Below are positions 1-14,637 of a stretch of 64,000 nt of DNA, in pieces (position 1 is the stretch's first letter; the number at the start of each line of letters is the position of its first letter). The DNA is taken from contig JAUCBJ010008281.1 in the NCBI GenBank assembly GCA_032718475.1, forward strand, positions 39,553 to 103,552. The letters run 5' to 3'. The notes below the pieces were generated by a model, which saw nothing but the letters and a program-made list of their open reading frames with translations, was not told where the DNA came from and made no database searches. Made by a program: the position numbers and the translations under genes. The DNA comes from Nemertoderma westbladi (Eukaryota > Animalia > Xenacoelomorpha).

Positions 1-3000
1 GATAGCGGTACACACAATTGCCACAATAATGCCATCTGTACAAATGATGATGGTGGATTCTCATGTGATTGCATATCAGGCTATTCTGGAGATGGTGTAT
101 CATGCACTGGTAAGTTAATCACATAATAATTTATCAATAAATTATGTGTAAGTCAATATCCATTGAGTTTGAAATATATATAAATTATTGAGAATAATTT
201 ATATTTTCGTTAAATTAGATGATGATGAATGCGATAGTGATACAAACAATTGCCACAATAATGCCATCTGTACAAATGATGATGGTGGATTTACATGTGA
301 TTGCATTTTAGGCTATTCTGGAGATGGTGTATCATGCACTGGTAAGTTAATCACATAATAATTTATCAATAAATTATGTGTAAGTCAATATCCATTGAGT
401 TTGAAATATATATAAATTATTGAGAATAATTTATATTTTCGTTAAATTAGATGATGATGAATGCCATAGCGGTACACACAATTGCCACAATAATGCCATC
501 TGTACAAATGATGATGGTGGATTTACATGTGATTGCATTTTAGGCTATTCTGGAGATGGTGTATCATGCACTGGTAAGTTAATCACATCATAATTTATAT
601 CAATAAAAAATGTGCAAGTCAATGTCCATTGAGTTTGAAATATATATAAATTAATGAGAAAAATTATATTTTCATTTAAATTAGATGATGATGAATGCGA
701 TAGCGGTACACACAATTGCCACAATAATGCCATCTGTATAAATAATGATGGTGGATTCACATGTGATTGCATTTCAGGCTATTCTGGAGATGGTGTATCA
801 TGCACTGGTAAGTTAATCACATATTAATTTACATCCAATAAAAAATGTGCAAGTCAATATCCATTGAGTTTGAAATATATATAAATTAATGAGATAAAAT
901 TTATATTTTCATTTAAATTAGATGATGATGAATGCGATAGCGGTACACACAATTGCCACAATAATGCCATCTGTACAAATGATGATGGTGGATTCACATG
1001 TGATTGCATTTCACACTATTCTGGAGATGGTGTATCATGCACTGGTCAGTTAATCACATAATAATTTATATCAATAAAAAATGTGCAAGTCAATGTCCAT
1101 TGAGTTTGAAATATATATAAATTAATGATGAAAAATTTATATTTTCATTTAAATTAGATGATGATGAATGCGATAGCGGTACACACAACTGCCACAATAA
1201 TGCCAACTGTACAAATGATGATGGTGGATTCACATGTGATTGCATTACAGGCTATTCTGGAGATGGTGTATCATGCACTGGTAAGTTAATCACATAATAA
1301 TTTATCAATAAATTATGTGTAAGTCAATATCCATTGAGTTTGAAATATATATAAATTAATGAGATAAAATTTATATTTTCATTTAAATTAGATGACGATG
1401 AATGCGATAGCGGTACACACAATTGCCACAATAATGCCAACTGTACAAATAATGATGGTGGATTCACATGTGATTGCATTTTAGGCTATTCTGGAGATGG
1501 TGTATCATGCACTGGTAAGTTAATCACATAATAATTTATATCCATAAAAAATGTGCAAGTCAATGTCCATTGAGTTTGAAATATATATAAATTAATGATG
1601 AAAAATTTATATTTTCATTTAAATTAGATGATGATGAATGCGATAGCGGTACACACAATTGCCACAATAATGCCAACTGTACAAATGATGAGGGTGGATT
1701 CACATGTGATTGCATTACAGGCTATTCTGGAGATGGTGTATCATGCACTGGTAAGTTAATTAATCATATCATTATTTAAATCCAATAAAAAATGTGATAA
1801 GTCAAAACCCATTGCATTTGGGATTTATATGAATTAAAGGGTTATTTTTTTAACTTAACATTTATTTAGATGATGATGAATGTGATAGCGGTACACACAA
1901 TTGCCACAATAATGCCATCTGTACAAATATTGCTGGTGGATTCAGTTGTGAATGTGATACAGGCTTTTCTGGAAATGGTGTATCATGTGCTGGTGAGATA
2001 ATCCCATATTATTCTAAACCAAATAAGATTAATGAATAATAACATAATAATAACATAATTACTCAAGTTCAAATGTGAAATGTAGATTAAATTGCGAACC
2101 AAAGATAACAATAATTTAGAGGTTTTCAATATCAATTATTCATCTTTTTTTTTTCAGATCATGATGAATGCAGTTTAGATACGCACAACTGTCATGAAAA
2201 TGCCAACTGCTCAAATACCTATGGTTGGTTCATGTGCTTTTGCATGTCTGGATATGAGGGGGATGGAATAAATAACTGTTCAGGTAGTACTCTATATTAG
2301 TACATTTTCAGCGATATTTATAATAATTTAAAAAATTAACCTTTATATTCAAAACAATAATATTTTTTTTTAATTAAATTTAAATAATTATATTGTTTCA
2401 TATGAATATAGTATAGAAAAAAAACAAATAAACATATTAAAGATAATAATATGTTAATTAACATTCAAATAACATAGAACAACAAAAAAAATATTATATG
2501 AAATATAATTATAAAGTTTGTAATGTTTGTTTTTTGTTTACTTTTTTAATTAATAAAGTAAAAGTAAATAAAAGTAAATTTTCTTCGGCCGCTAGGCCAG
2601 GTATTACGTACAAAGTCTGATGACTTATTTCCTGTGCGGTCCCCCCAGAACTTTACTCCCCAGAGGAAACTCCAGTACTCATTAAGCTACCACTTAAGGA
2701 TGCAAGGCAGAGATGCGCCCTGGCTGGTCCCTTTAAAGCATTCGTGCCGAAACGAAAACTGCCCTGGCCCATGTGAGGATCGAACCCACGACCTACAGGA
2801 GATGTGAATTCAATGCAAACACTATACCTAGGTGGAACCTTAATAGTATTGTAAAAAGTTTATGAATATTTAATTCATTAGTCTGAATTCATGTTATTTG
2901 TATACAATATAATAGTATAAAATTATTAAAATGTGTTATAAGATATACATGCATAAAATGTGTTATAAGATATACATGCATAAAATGTGTTATAAGATAT

Positions 3001-6000
3001 ACATGCATAAAATGTGTTATAAGATATACATGCATACATGACTTGTTATTTAAGTTTATAATATTCATATTTTATTCACAATTGCAATACATTTATTTTT
3101 ACATTCAATGTTGCAGATATTAATGAATGCATAACAAACATTAATAATTGCAACAATAATGCCAACTGTACAAATACTGATGGTGGATTCACATGTGATT
3201 GCAATTTAGGCTATTCTGGAGATGGTGTATCATGCACTGGTAAGTTAATCACATAATAATTTATCACTAAATAATGTGCAAGTCAGTATCCATTGAGTTG
3301 GAAATATATATAAATTAATGAGTAAAAATTATATTTTCATTTAAATTAGATGATGATGAATGTGATGGTGGTACACACAATTGCCACAACAATGCCATTT
3401 GTACAAATGATGATGGTGGATTCACATGTGATTGCAATTCAGGCTATTCTGGAGATGGTGTATCATGCACTGGTAAGTTAATCACATAATAATTTATATC
3501 CAATAAAAAATGTGCAAGTCAATATCCATTGAGTTTGACATATATATAAATTAATGAGAAAAATGTATATTTTCATTTAAATTAGATGATGATGAATGCG
3601 ATAGCGGTACACACAATTGCCACAATAACGCCATCTGTACAAATGCTGATGGTGGATTCACATGTGATTGCATTTTAGGCTATGGTGGAGATGGTGTATC
3701 ATGCACTGGTAAGTTAATCACATAATAATTTATATCCAATAAAAAATGTGCAAGTCAATATCCATGGAGTTTGAAATATATATAAATTAATGAGAAAAAA
3801 TTTATATTTTAATTTAAATTAGATGATGATGAATGCGATAGCGGTACACACAATTGCCACAATAATGCCATCTGTACAAATGATGATGGTGGATTCACAT
3901 GTGATTGCACTTCAGGCTATTCTGGAGATGGTGAATCATGCACTGGTAAGTTAATCACATAATAATTTATATCCAATAAAAAATGTGCAAGTCAATATCC
4001 ATTGAGTTTGAAATATATATAAATTAATGAGAAAAATTTATATTTTCATTTAAATTAGATGATGATGAATGCGATAGCAGTACACACAATTGCCACAATA
4101 ATGCCATCTGTACAAATGATGATGGTGGATTCACATGTGATTGCATTTCAGGCTATGGTGGAGATGGTGTATCATGCACTGGTAAGTTAATCACATATTA
4201 ATTTATCAATAAATTATGTGTAAGTCAATATCCATTGAGTTTGAAATATATATAAATTAATGATGAAAAATTTATATTTTCATTTAAATTAGATGATGAT
4301 GAATGCGATAGCGGTACACACAATTGCCACAATAATGCCATCTGTACAAATGATGATGGTGGATTCACATGTGATTGCATTTCAGGCTATGGTGGAGATG
4401 GTGTATCATGCACTGGTAAGTTAATCACATATTAATTTATCAATAAATTATGTGTAAGTCAATATCCATTGAGTTTGAAATATATATAAATTAATGATGA
4501 AAAATTTATATTTTCATTTAAATTAGATGATGATGAATGCGATAGCGGTACACACAATTGCCACAATAATGCCATCTGTACAAATGATGATGGTGGATTC
4601 ACATGTGATTGCATTTCAGGCTATGGTGGAGATGGTGTATCATGCACTGGTAAGTTAATCACATAATAGTTTATATCAATAAAAAATGTGCAAGTCAATA
4701 TCCATGGAGTTTGAAATATATATAAATTAATGAGAAAAAATTTATATTTTAATTTAAATTAGATGATGATGAATGCGATAGCGGTACACACAATTGCCAC
4801 AATAATGCCATCTGTACAAATGATGATGGTGGATTCACATGTGATTGCATTTCAGGCTATTCTGGAGATGGTGTATCATGCACTGGTAAGTTAATCACAT
4901 AATAATTTATATCCAATAAAAAATGTGCAAGTCAATATCCATGGAGTTTGAAATATATATAAATTAATGAGAAAAATTTATATTTTCATTTAAATTAGAT
5001 GATGATGAATGCGATAGCGGTACACACAATTGCCACAATAATGCCATCTGTACAAATGATGATGGTGGATTCACATGTGATTGCATTTCGGGCTATTCTG
5101 GAGATGGTGTATCATGCACTGGTAAGTTAATCACATAATAGTTTATATCAATAAAAAATGTGCAAGTCAATATCCATGGAGTTTGAAATATATATAAATT
5201 AATGAGAAAAATTTATATTTTCATTTAAATTAGATGATGATGAATGCGATAGCGGTACACACAATTGCCACAATAATGCCAACTGTACAAATGATGATGG
5301 TGGATTCACATGTGATTGCATTTTAGGCTATTCTGGAGATGGTGTATCATGCACTGGTAAGTTAATCACATCATAATTTATATCAATAAAATATGTGCAA
5401 GTCAATGTCCATTGAGTTTGAAGTACATATAAATTAATGAGAAAAATTATATTTTCATTTAAATTAGATGATGATGAATGCGATAGCGGTACAAACAATT
5501 GCCACAATAATGCCATCTGTACAAATGATGATGGTGGATTCACATGTGATTGCATTTCAGGCTATTCTGGAGATGGTGTATCATGCACTGGTAAGTTAAT
5601 CACATAATAATTTAAATCAATAAAAAATGTGCAAGTCAATATCCATGGAGTTTGAAATATATATAAATTAATGAGAAAAACTTTATATTTTCATTTAAAT
5701 TAGATGATGATGAATGCGATAGCGGTACACACAATTGCCACAATAATGCCATTTGTACAAATGATGAAGGTGGATTCACATGTGATTGCATTTCAGGCTA
5801 TTCTGGAGATGGTGTATCATGCACTGGTAAGTTAATCACATAATAATTTATATCAATAAAAAATGTGCAAGTCAATATCCATGGAGTTTGAAATATATAT
5901 AAATTAATGAGAAAAAATTTATATTTTAATTTAAATTAGATGATGATGAATGCCATAGCGGTATACACAATTGCCACAATAATGCCATCTGTACAAATGA

Positions 6001-9000
6001 TGATGGTGGATTCACATGTGATTGCATTTCAGGCTATTCTGGAGATGGTGTATCATGCACTGGTAAGTTAATCACATAATAATTTATATCCAATAAAAAA
6101 TGTGCAAGTCAATATCCATTGAGTTTGAAATATATATAAATTAATGAGAAAAAATTTATATTTAATCATTTAATTTAGATGATGATGAATGCGATAGCAG
6201 TACACACAATTGCCACAATAACGCCATCTGTACAAATGATGATGGTGGATTCACATGTGATTGCATTTTAGGCTATTCTGGAGATGGTGTATCATGCACT
6301 GGTAAGTTAATCACATCATAATTTATATCAATAAAAAATGTGCAAGTCAATGTCCATTGAGTTTGAAGTACATATAAATTAATGAGAAAAATTATATTTT
6401 CATTTAAATTAGATGATGATGAATGCGATAGTGGTACACACAATTGCCACAACAATGCAAACTGTACAAATGATGATGGTGGATTCACATGTGACTGCAA
6501 TTCAGGCTATTCTGGAGATGGTGTATCATGCACTGGTAAGTTAATCACATCATAATTTATATCAATAAAAAATGTGCAAGTCAATGTCCATTGAGTTTGA
6601 AATATATATAAATTAATGAGTAAAAATTATATTTTCATTTAAATTAGATGATGATGAATGTGATGGTGGTACACACAATTGCCACAACAATGCAAACTGT
6701 ACAAATGATGATGGTGGATTCACATGTGACTGCAATTCAGGCTATTCTGGAGATGGTGTAACATGCACTGGTAAGTTATTCACATAATAATTTATATCCA
6801 ATAAAAAATGTGCAAGTCAATATTGGTTGAGTTTGAAATATATATACATTAATGAGAAAAATTTATATTTTCATTTAAATTAGATGATGATGAATGCGAT
6901 AGCGGTACACACAATTGCCACAATAATGCCATCTGTACAAATGATGATGGTGGATTCACATGTGATTGCATTTTAGGCTATTCTGGAGATGGTGAATCAT
7001 GCACTGGTAAGTTAATCACATAATAATTTATCAATAAAAAATGTGCAAGTCAATATCCATTGAGTTTGAAATATATATAAATTATTGAGAAAAATTATAT
7101 TTTCATTTAAATTAGATGATGATGAATGCGATAACGGTACACACAACTGCCACAATAATGCCATCTGTACAAATGATGATGGTGGATTCACATGTGATTG
7201 CACTTCAGGCTATTCTGGAGATGGTGAATCATGCACTGGTAAGTTAATCACATAATAATTTATCAATAAATTATGTGTAAGTCAATATCCTTTGAGTTTG
7301 AAATATATATAAATTATTGAGAAAAATGTATATTTTCATTTAAATTAGATGATGATGAATGCGACAGCGGTACACACAATTGCCACAATAATGCCATCTG
7401 TACAAATGATGATGGTGGATTCACATGTGATTGCATTTCAGGCTATTCTGGAGATGGTGAATCATGCACTTGTAAGTTAATCACATAATAATTTATCAAT
7501 AAATTATGTGTAAGTCAATATCCGTTGAGTTTGAAATATATATAAATTATTGAGAAAAATGTATATTTTCATTTAAATTAGATGATGATGAATGCGACAG
7601 CGGTACACACAATTGCCACAATAATGCCATCTGTACAAATGATGATGGTGGATTCACATGTGATTGCATTTTAGGCTATTCTGGAGATGGTGTATCATGC
7701 ACTGGTAAGTTAATCACATAATAATTTTCATCCAATATAAAATGTGCAAGTCAATATCCATTGATTTTGAAATATATATAAATTAATGAGATAAAATTTA
7801 TATTTTAATTTAAATTAGATGATGATGAATGCGATAGCGGTACACACAATTGCCACAATAATGCCATCTGTACAAATGATGATGGTGGATTCACATGTGA
7901 TTGCATTTTAGGCTATTCTGGAGATGGTGTATCATGCACTGGTAAGTTAATGACATAATAATTTATCACTAAATAATGTGCAAGTCAGTATCCATTGAGT
8001 TGGAAATATATAAATTAATGCGTAAAAATTATATTTTCATTTAAATTAGATGATGATGAATGCGATAGCAGTACACACAATTGCCACAACAATGCAAACT
8101 GTACAAATGATGATGGTGGATTCACATGTGATTGCAATTCAGGCTATTCTGGAGATGGTGTATCATGCACTGGTAAGTTAATCACATAATAATTTATCAA
8201 TAAATTATGTGTAAGTCAATATCCATTGAGTTTGAAATATATATAAATTATTGAGAATAATTTATATTTTCGTTAAATTAGATGATGATGAATGCGATAG
8301 CGGTACACACAATTGCCACAATAATGCCATCTGTACAAATGATGATGGTGGATTTACATGTGATTGCATTTTAGGCTATTCTGGAGATGGTGTATCATGC
8401 ACTGGTAAGTTAATCACATCATAATTTATATCAATAAAAAATGTGCAAGTCAATGTCCATTGAGTTTGAAATATATATAACTTAATGAGAAAAATTTATA
8501 TTTTCATTTAAATTAGATGATGATGAATGCGATAGCGGTACACACAATTGCCACAATAATGCCATCTGTACAAATGATGATGGTGGATTCACATGTGATT
8601 GCACTTCAGGCTATTCTGGAGATGGTGTATCATGCACTGGTAAGTTAATCACATAATAATTTATCAATAAATTATGTGTAAGTCAATATCCATTGAGTTT
8701 GAAATATATATAAATTATTGAGAATAATTTATATTTTCGTTAAATTTGATGATGATGAATGCGATAGTGATACACACAATTGCCACAATAATGCCATCTG
8801 TACAAATGATGATGGTGGATTCTCATGTGATTGCATTTCAGGCTATTCTGGAGATGGTGTATCATGCACTGGTAAGTTAATCACATAATAATTTATCAAT
8901 AAATTATGTGTAAGTCAATATCCATTGAGTTTGAAATATATATAAATTATTGAGAATAATTTATATTTTCGTTAAATTAGATGATGATGAATGCGATAGC

Positions 9001-12000
9001 GGTACACACAATTGCCACAATAATGCCATCTGTACAAATGATGATGGTGGATTCTCATGTGATTGCATTTCAGGCTATTCTGGAGATGGTGTATCATGCA
9101 CTGGTAAGTTAATCACATAATAATTTATCAATAAATTATGTGTAAGTCAATATCCATTGAGTTTGAAATATATATAAATTAATGAGAAAAATTATATTTT
9201 CATTTAAATTAGATGATGATGAATGCGATAGCGGTACACACAATTGCCACAATAATGCCATCTGTACAAATGATGATGGTGGATTCTCATGTGATTGCAT
9301 TTCAGGCTATTCTGGAGATGGTGTATCATGCACTGGTAAGTTAATCACATAATAATTTACATCCAATAAAAAATGTGCAAGTCAATATCCATTGAGTTTG
9401 AAATATATATAAATTAATGAGAAAAAATTTATATTTTCATTTAAATTAGATGATGATGAATGCGATAGCGGTACACACAATTGCCACAATAATGCCATCT
9501 GTACAAATGATGATGGTGGATTCTCATGTGATTGCATTTCAGGCTATTCTGGAGATGGTGTATCATGCACTGGTAAGTTAATCACATAATAATTTATCAA
9601 TATATTATGTGTAAGTCAATATCCATTGAGTTTGAAATATATATAAATTATTGAGAATAATTTATATTTTCGTTAAATTAGATGATGATGAATGCGATAG
9701 TGGTACACACAACTGCCACAATAATGCCATCTGTACAAATGATGATGGTGGATTCTCATGTGATTGCATTTCAGGCTATTCTGGAGATGGTGTATCATGC
9801 ACTGGTAAGTTAATCACATAATAATTTATCAATAAATTATGTGTAAGTCAATATCCATTGAGTTTGAAATATATATAAATTAATGAGAAAAATTATATTT
9901 TCATTTAAATTAGATGATGATGAATGCGATAGCGGTACACACAATTGCCACAATAATGCCATCTGTACAAATGATGATGGTGGATTCTCATGTGATTGCA
10001 TTTCAGGCTATTCTGGAGATGGTGTATCATGCACTGGTAAGTTAATCACATAATAATTTACATCCAATAAAAAATGTGCAAGTCAATATCCATTGAGTTT
10101 GAAATATATATAAATTAATGAGAAAAAATTTATATTTTCATTTAAATTAGATGATGATGAATGCGATAGCGGTACACACAATTGCCACAATAATGCCATC
10201 TGTACAAATGATGATGGTGGATTCACATGTGATTGCATTTTAGCCTATTCTGGAGATGGTGTATCATGCACTGGTAAGTTAATCACATAATAATTTATAT
10301 CCAATAAAAAATGTGCAAGTCAATATCCATTGAGTTTGAAATATATATAAATTAATGAGAAAAAATGTATATTTTCATTTAAATTAGATAATGATGAATG
10401 CGATAGCGGTACACACAATTGCCACAATAATGCCAACTGTACAAATGATGATGGTGGATTCACATGTGATTGCATTTCAGGCTATTCTGGAGATGGTGTA
10501 TCATGCACTGGTAAGTTAATCACATAATAATTTATCAATAAATTATGTGTAAGTCAATATCCATTGAGTTGGAAATATATATAAATTAATGAGAAAAAAT
10601 TTATATTTTCATTTAAATTAGATGATGATGAATGCGATAGCGGTACACACAATTGCCACAATAATGCCAACTGTACAAATGATGATGGTGGATTCACATG
10701 TGATTGCATTTCAGGCTATTCTGGAGATGGTGTATCATGCACTGGTAAGTTAATCACATAATAATTTATATCCAATAAAAAATGTGCAAGTCAATATCCA
10801 TTGAGTTTGAAATATATATAAATTAATGAGAAAAAATGTATATTTTCATTTAAATTAGATAATGATGAATGCGATAGCGGTACACACAATTGCCACAATA
10901 ATGCCAACTGTACAAATGATGATGGTGGATTCACATGTGATTGCATTTCGGGCTATTCTGGAGATGGTGTATTATGCACTGGTAAGTTAATCACATAATA
11001 ATTTATATCAATAAAAAATGTGCAAGTCAATATCCATTGAGTTTGAAATATATATAAATTAATGAGAAAAATTATATTTTCATTTAAATTAGATGACGAT
11101 GAATGCGATAGTGGTACAAACAATTGCCACAATAATGCCATCTGTACAAATCATGATGGTGGATTCACATGTGATTGCATTTCAGGCTATTCTGGAGATG
11201 GTGTATCATGCACTGGTAAGTTAATCACATAATAATTTATATCAATAAAAAATGTGCAAGTCAATATCCATTGAGTTTGAAATATATATAAATTAATGAG
11301 AAAAATTATATTTTCATTTAAATTAGATGATGATGAATGCGATAGTGGTACAAACAATTGCCACAATAATGCCAACTGTACAAATGATGATGGTGGATTC
11401 ACATGTGATTGCATTTCAGGCTATTCTGGAGATGGTGTATCATGCACTGGTAAGTTAATCACATATTAATTTACATCCAATAAAAAATGTGCAAGTCAAT
11501 GTCCATTGAGTTTGAAATATATATAAATTAATGAGAAAAATTTATATTTTCATTTAAATTAGATGATGATGAATGCGATAGCGGTACACACAATTGCCAC
11601 AATAATGCCAACTGTACAAATGATGATGGTGGATTCACATGTGATTGCATTTCAGGCTATGCTGGAGATGGTGTATCATGCACTGGTCAGTTAATCACAT
11701 AATAATTTATATCAATAAAATATGTGCAAGTCAATGTCCATTGAGTTTGAAATATATATAAATTAATGAGAAAAATTATATTTTCATTTAAATTAGATGA
11801 CGATGAATGCGATAGCAGTACACACAATTGCCACAATAATGCCATCTGTACAAATGATGATGGTGGATTCACATGTGATTGCATTACAGGCTATTCTGGA
11901 GATGGTGTATCATGCACTGGTAAGTTAATTAATAATATCATTATTTAAATCCAATAAAAAATGTGATAAGTCAAAACCCATTGCATTTGGGATTTATATG

Positions 12001-12161
12001 AATTAAAGGGTTATTTTTTTAACTTAACATTTATTTAGATGATGATGAATGTGATAGCGGTAAACACAATTGCCACAATAATGCCATCTGTACAAATATT
12101 GCTGGTGGATTCAGTTGTGAATGTGATACAGGCTTTTCTGGCAATGGTGTATCATGTGCTG
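1..12161 (+). CDS. Multi-exon gene fragment encoding a long tandem array of calcium-binding EGF domains (fibrillin/fibropellin-like extracellular protein); about 49 exons in window, 5' end outside window
   Basis: Repeated 123-bp exons flanked by ttag| and |gtaag, phase 1-1 (e.g. 219-341, 451-573, 11797-11919, 12039-12161). They translate as [41 protein letters not shown], matching the cbEGF consensus (D-x-D/N-E-C, C-x-N-x-x-G-x-F-x-C). No stops seen in the exons read. Divergent exons at 1870-1992, 2158-2283 and 3117-3239. Confidence 0.92.
2555..2840 (-). mobile_element. tRNA-derived SINE with Deu/Nin-like central domain, in an EGF-gene intron
   Basis: Minus strand shows a B-box GGTTCGATCC, a central CTCTGCCTTGCATCCTT...AATGAGTAC resembling the Deu/Nin SINE domain as I recall it, and a (TTTAC)-like tail. 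Confidence 0.6.
2927..3034. repeat. 27-bp tandem repeat, 4 copies
   Basis: Unit TAAAATGTGTTATAAGATATACATGCA. Confidence 0.9.
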
Positions 12162-12279
12162 GTAAGAAAATACCGTATTGTTCTAAATACAAATGAGATT
12201 AATAAATAATAACATAATAATAACACAATTACTCAAGTTCAAATGTGAAATGTAGATTAAATTGCGAACCAAAGATAAC

Positions 12280-13504
12280 TGTAAAAGCTTTTGTGGGATA
12301 ACTGATACGTTTGCCTTTGCTGGCCAGTTCCCCCCCAGTCGCTAGAATACTCTCAAAGGGATTTATAACTAAAATAGTGCAAGCTACCAGCTTATTGGCT
12401 GATGTGCTGTACGGAAATATCTGGGCTCAGTTTAATCGGCCAACTAGCTTAGAGAGGTTGCCTTAGCCTTGCTGTTCGTGTCGGCCAATAGAATTTGCGT
12501 AGGCGTTGATTTCGACCTATCCCAGCGCTACTGAACTGAATTTCCTATCTCTATGCTCATCCTCTGTGTTGAACGGGGCTTCGTGGAATAAGAGTTTTTG
12601 GTATACTCGTATAGTGGTAGTAGTCATATGATTTTATATGATTCTGTTGTTGTGTTCCCATTTTCGCCATAACACCGGCTTTTTGGGAAGAACTCTAGTA
12701 AAACTGCTTAAATTATCGAAAGTATAAACTGTTACCGAATCCGAACCAACGAATCCTCACTAACGCATCTTAACATACTCACTTAATTTAACTGCATTAA
12801 TCATATTGTTTGTACTGTTATTTTACCGTCAGTTATTAATTGTATCTATTTTTGTTGATGGAAATATTGCTCTTTGGATAATACGGATAAATCACCCAAA
12901 TTTCCCAATTTTCTTGATACACTACAGGTTAGAGAGACCGGCTATACATAACAATTGCGATTTATATTAATGTGGTGTGTATTAAATCTAATGTTATTTA
13001 GCAGACCCTACATGAGTCAATTACTGCTCTCTTTATGTGTGATCAAATATACTGACGGTCGGCAGAATAGTGTGCATGATTGTGATTGGTAACAAAGTAT
13101 TTCCTAAAGAATACGCTTTATACTTTAATCATAAGCAGTATCGTTGCGTTTAGTATAAGTCCTAGCTCTGTTTAAATAGATAGAGCGCCACGTCCTAAAG
13201 GAACTGTTAATATTTCCCGAAAGCCAATAATATCTGTCAGAAATTAATTATTAACGATCTATCGAATAATACAGTAAGTTTACGCTGCAACCTTACACTG
13301 CAATAATAAAATTTAAGCATCCGAATTCAGCCTCCCGGGTGTAGATCCATCGGGTGAATGATCGCGCATGGGCTGACTTCGGCTAATGTTTTGCGTATTA
13401 GCATAAAATATTGTCGTATGCTAAAGGTGTTTTAATTAACTAAAAGACATATAAATTTTGGCAGGTTAAACTGCTAAAGGTCTTCAAAAGCGCGAACAGT
13501 AACA
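12280..13504 (+). repeat. LTR copy 1 (5' LTR)
   Basis: TGTAAAAG...GCGAACA(GTAACA); near-identical to 23408-24633 and 59697-60909. Right end is either 13498 or 13504. Confidence 0.9.
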
Positions 13505-13789
13505 GTTTATGATCTTATTGCAGTAGGCAATAAGGTTGCAAAATACCGTAGTAACCGGTATTTCTGTAGGTCTGTAGGCCCAACTGTCCTAACCGGTACT
13601 GCTGTACAAATACATTTAGTATTATTCGATTTTGATTATTGTATACCGGTAGGTCTCGATATTAAATCGGGGACGCCTGGTTTTTATTGGGATTTTACTT
13701 AGGTCTATTTCTGTCAGTTTTATTTCCTAGTAGGCTAATATTGAGCAGAAGGCGTGTGACCCTGCTCAGATTGTTCAGATAATTGTAGG

Positions 13790-14350
13790 CTGAGCTGCTG
13801 TCTGACTGTTGTTGAGTTTGGAGAGATTACGGCGTGTGTAGAGTTTGTCTGATAAAGTGCCGTTAGTAAGTTGGGGCAGCCATATGCGGTAAGGTCAATC
13901 CCCTCTTAAAGAATAAGTCGTACTACCGTGTTAGAACGCATACTAACTAACAGTTTCAGAGTCTGCATATACTGTAGTTTATTTAGGCTTGATCGTAGTC
14001 TGCCAGTGTTTTAGCCTGTGTTTGTTTGTGTAGTCTGTTCAGGTACCGTAATAGTTATTACTCAGATATTTTGTAGGCTGGATTGTTGTCTAACTATTCT
14101 TAGGCCTGAAGGGATTGCTGCGTGTGTAGAGTTGGTCTGATAAAGTGCCGTTAGTAAGTTGGGGCAGCCATATGCGGTAAGGTCAATCCCCTCTTAAAGA
14201 GTAAGTCGTACTACCGTGTTAGAATGCATACTAACTAACAGTTTCAGAATCTGCACATACTGTAGTTTGTTTAGGCTTGATAGTAGTTTGCCAGCGTTTG
14301 GTTTGTATTTGTTTGAGTATTCTGTACGGGTAGCGTAATATTTATTATTC
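13790..14350 (+). repeat. About 288-bp direct duplication in the element's 5' leader
   Basis: GATAAAGTGCCGTTAGTAAGTTGGGGCAGCC at 13851 and 14139; the same duplication occurs in the second element at ~61276 and ~61563. Confidence 0.85.
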
Positions 14351-14637
14351 AGAGTTTATGCGATTATTCGCAACATTCATGTCCCCAAGTTTATTCCTAC
14401 AGTAATTGTGCTTGTTATACATACCGTTATGGTTAAACTAACCCCGGTACTACATCAGGGCTGCTCGGCGTAGGTAAAGACTGGAGATTTTGTGCTTCGG
14501 TCACTCCAGCAGATGCCGTGGTTCTTTTAACTGTTCAAGTATATTTAACTACTGATTATTTGTTATACCGGTACTTGTACCTAATTTAGGGTTTAGTGTA
14601 CAGTGCTTTCCGAAGTAATTAGTGTAGGCAGTATATT

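Larger units (their letters stand above)
1..11940 (+). repeat. Tandem repeat of exon+intron units (about 232-237 bp), interrupted by divergent units at ~1760-3116
   Basis: Exon starts at 219, 451, 685, 922, 1158, 1392, 1628 and 3350 onward to 11797; the ~110-bp introns are almost as similar to each other as the exons. Confidence 0.95.

Noticed and set aside
545-11884. Repeated 62-75 aa minus-strand ORFs (MQSHVNPPS...)
   Set aside because: Antisense shadows of the plus-strand EGF exons and introns.
1-11940. CRISPR-like regular repeat/spacer pattern
   Set aside because: The 'spacers' are near-identical introns with GT-AG ends; eukaryotic context and no cas genes.
13320-13395. Possible HDV-like ribozyme in the LTR (CAGCCTCCC...GGGCTGACTTCGGCTAATG)
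   Set aside because: Could not build consistent P1, P2 and P3 pairings; only local motif resemblance.
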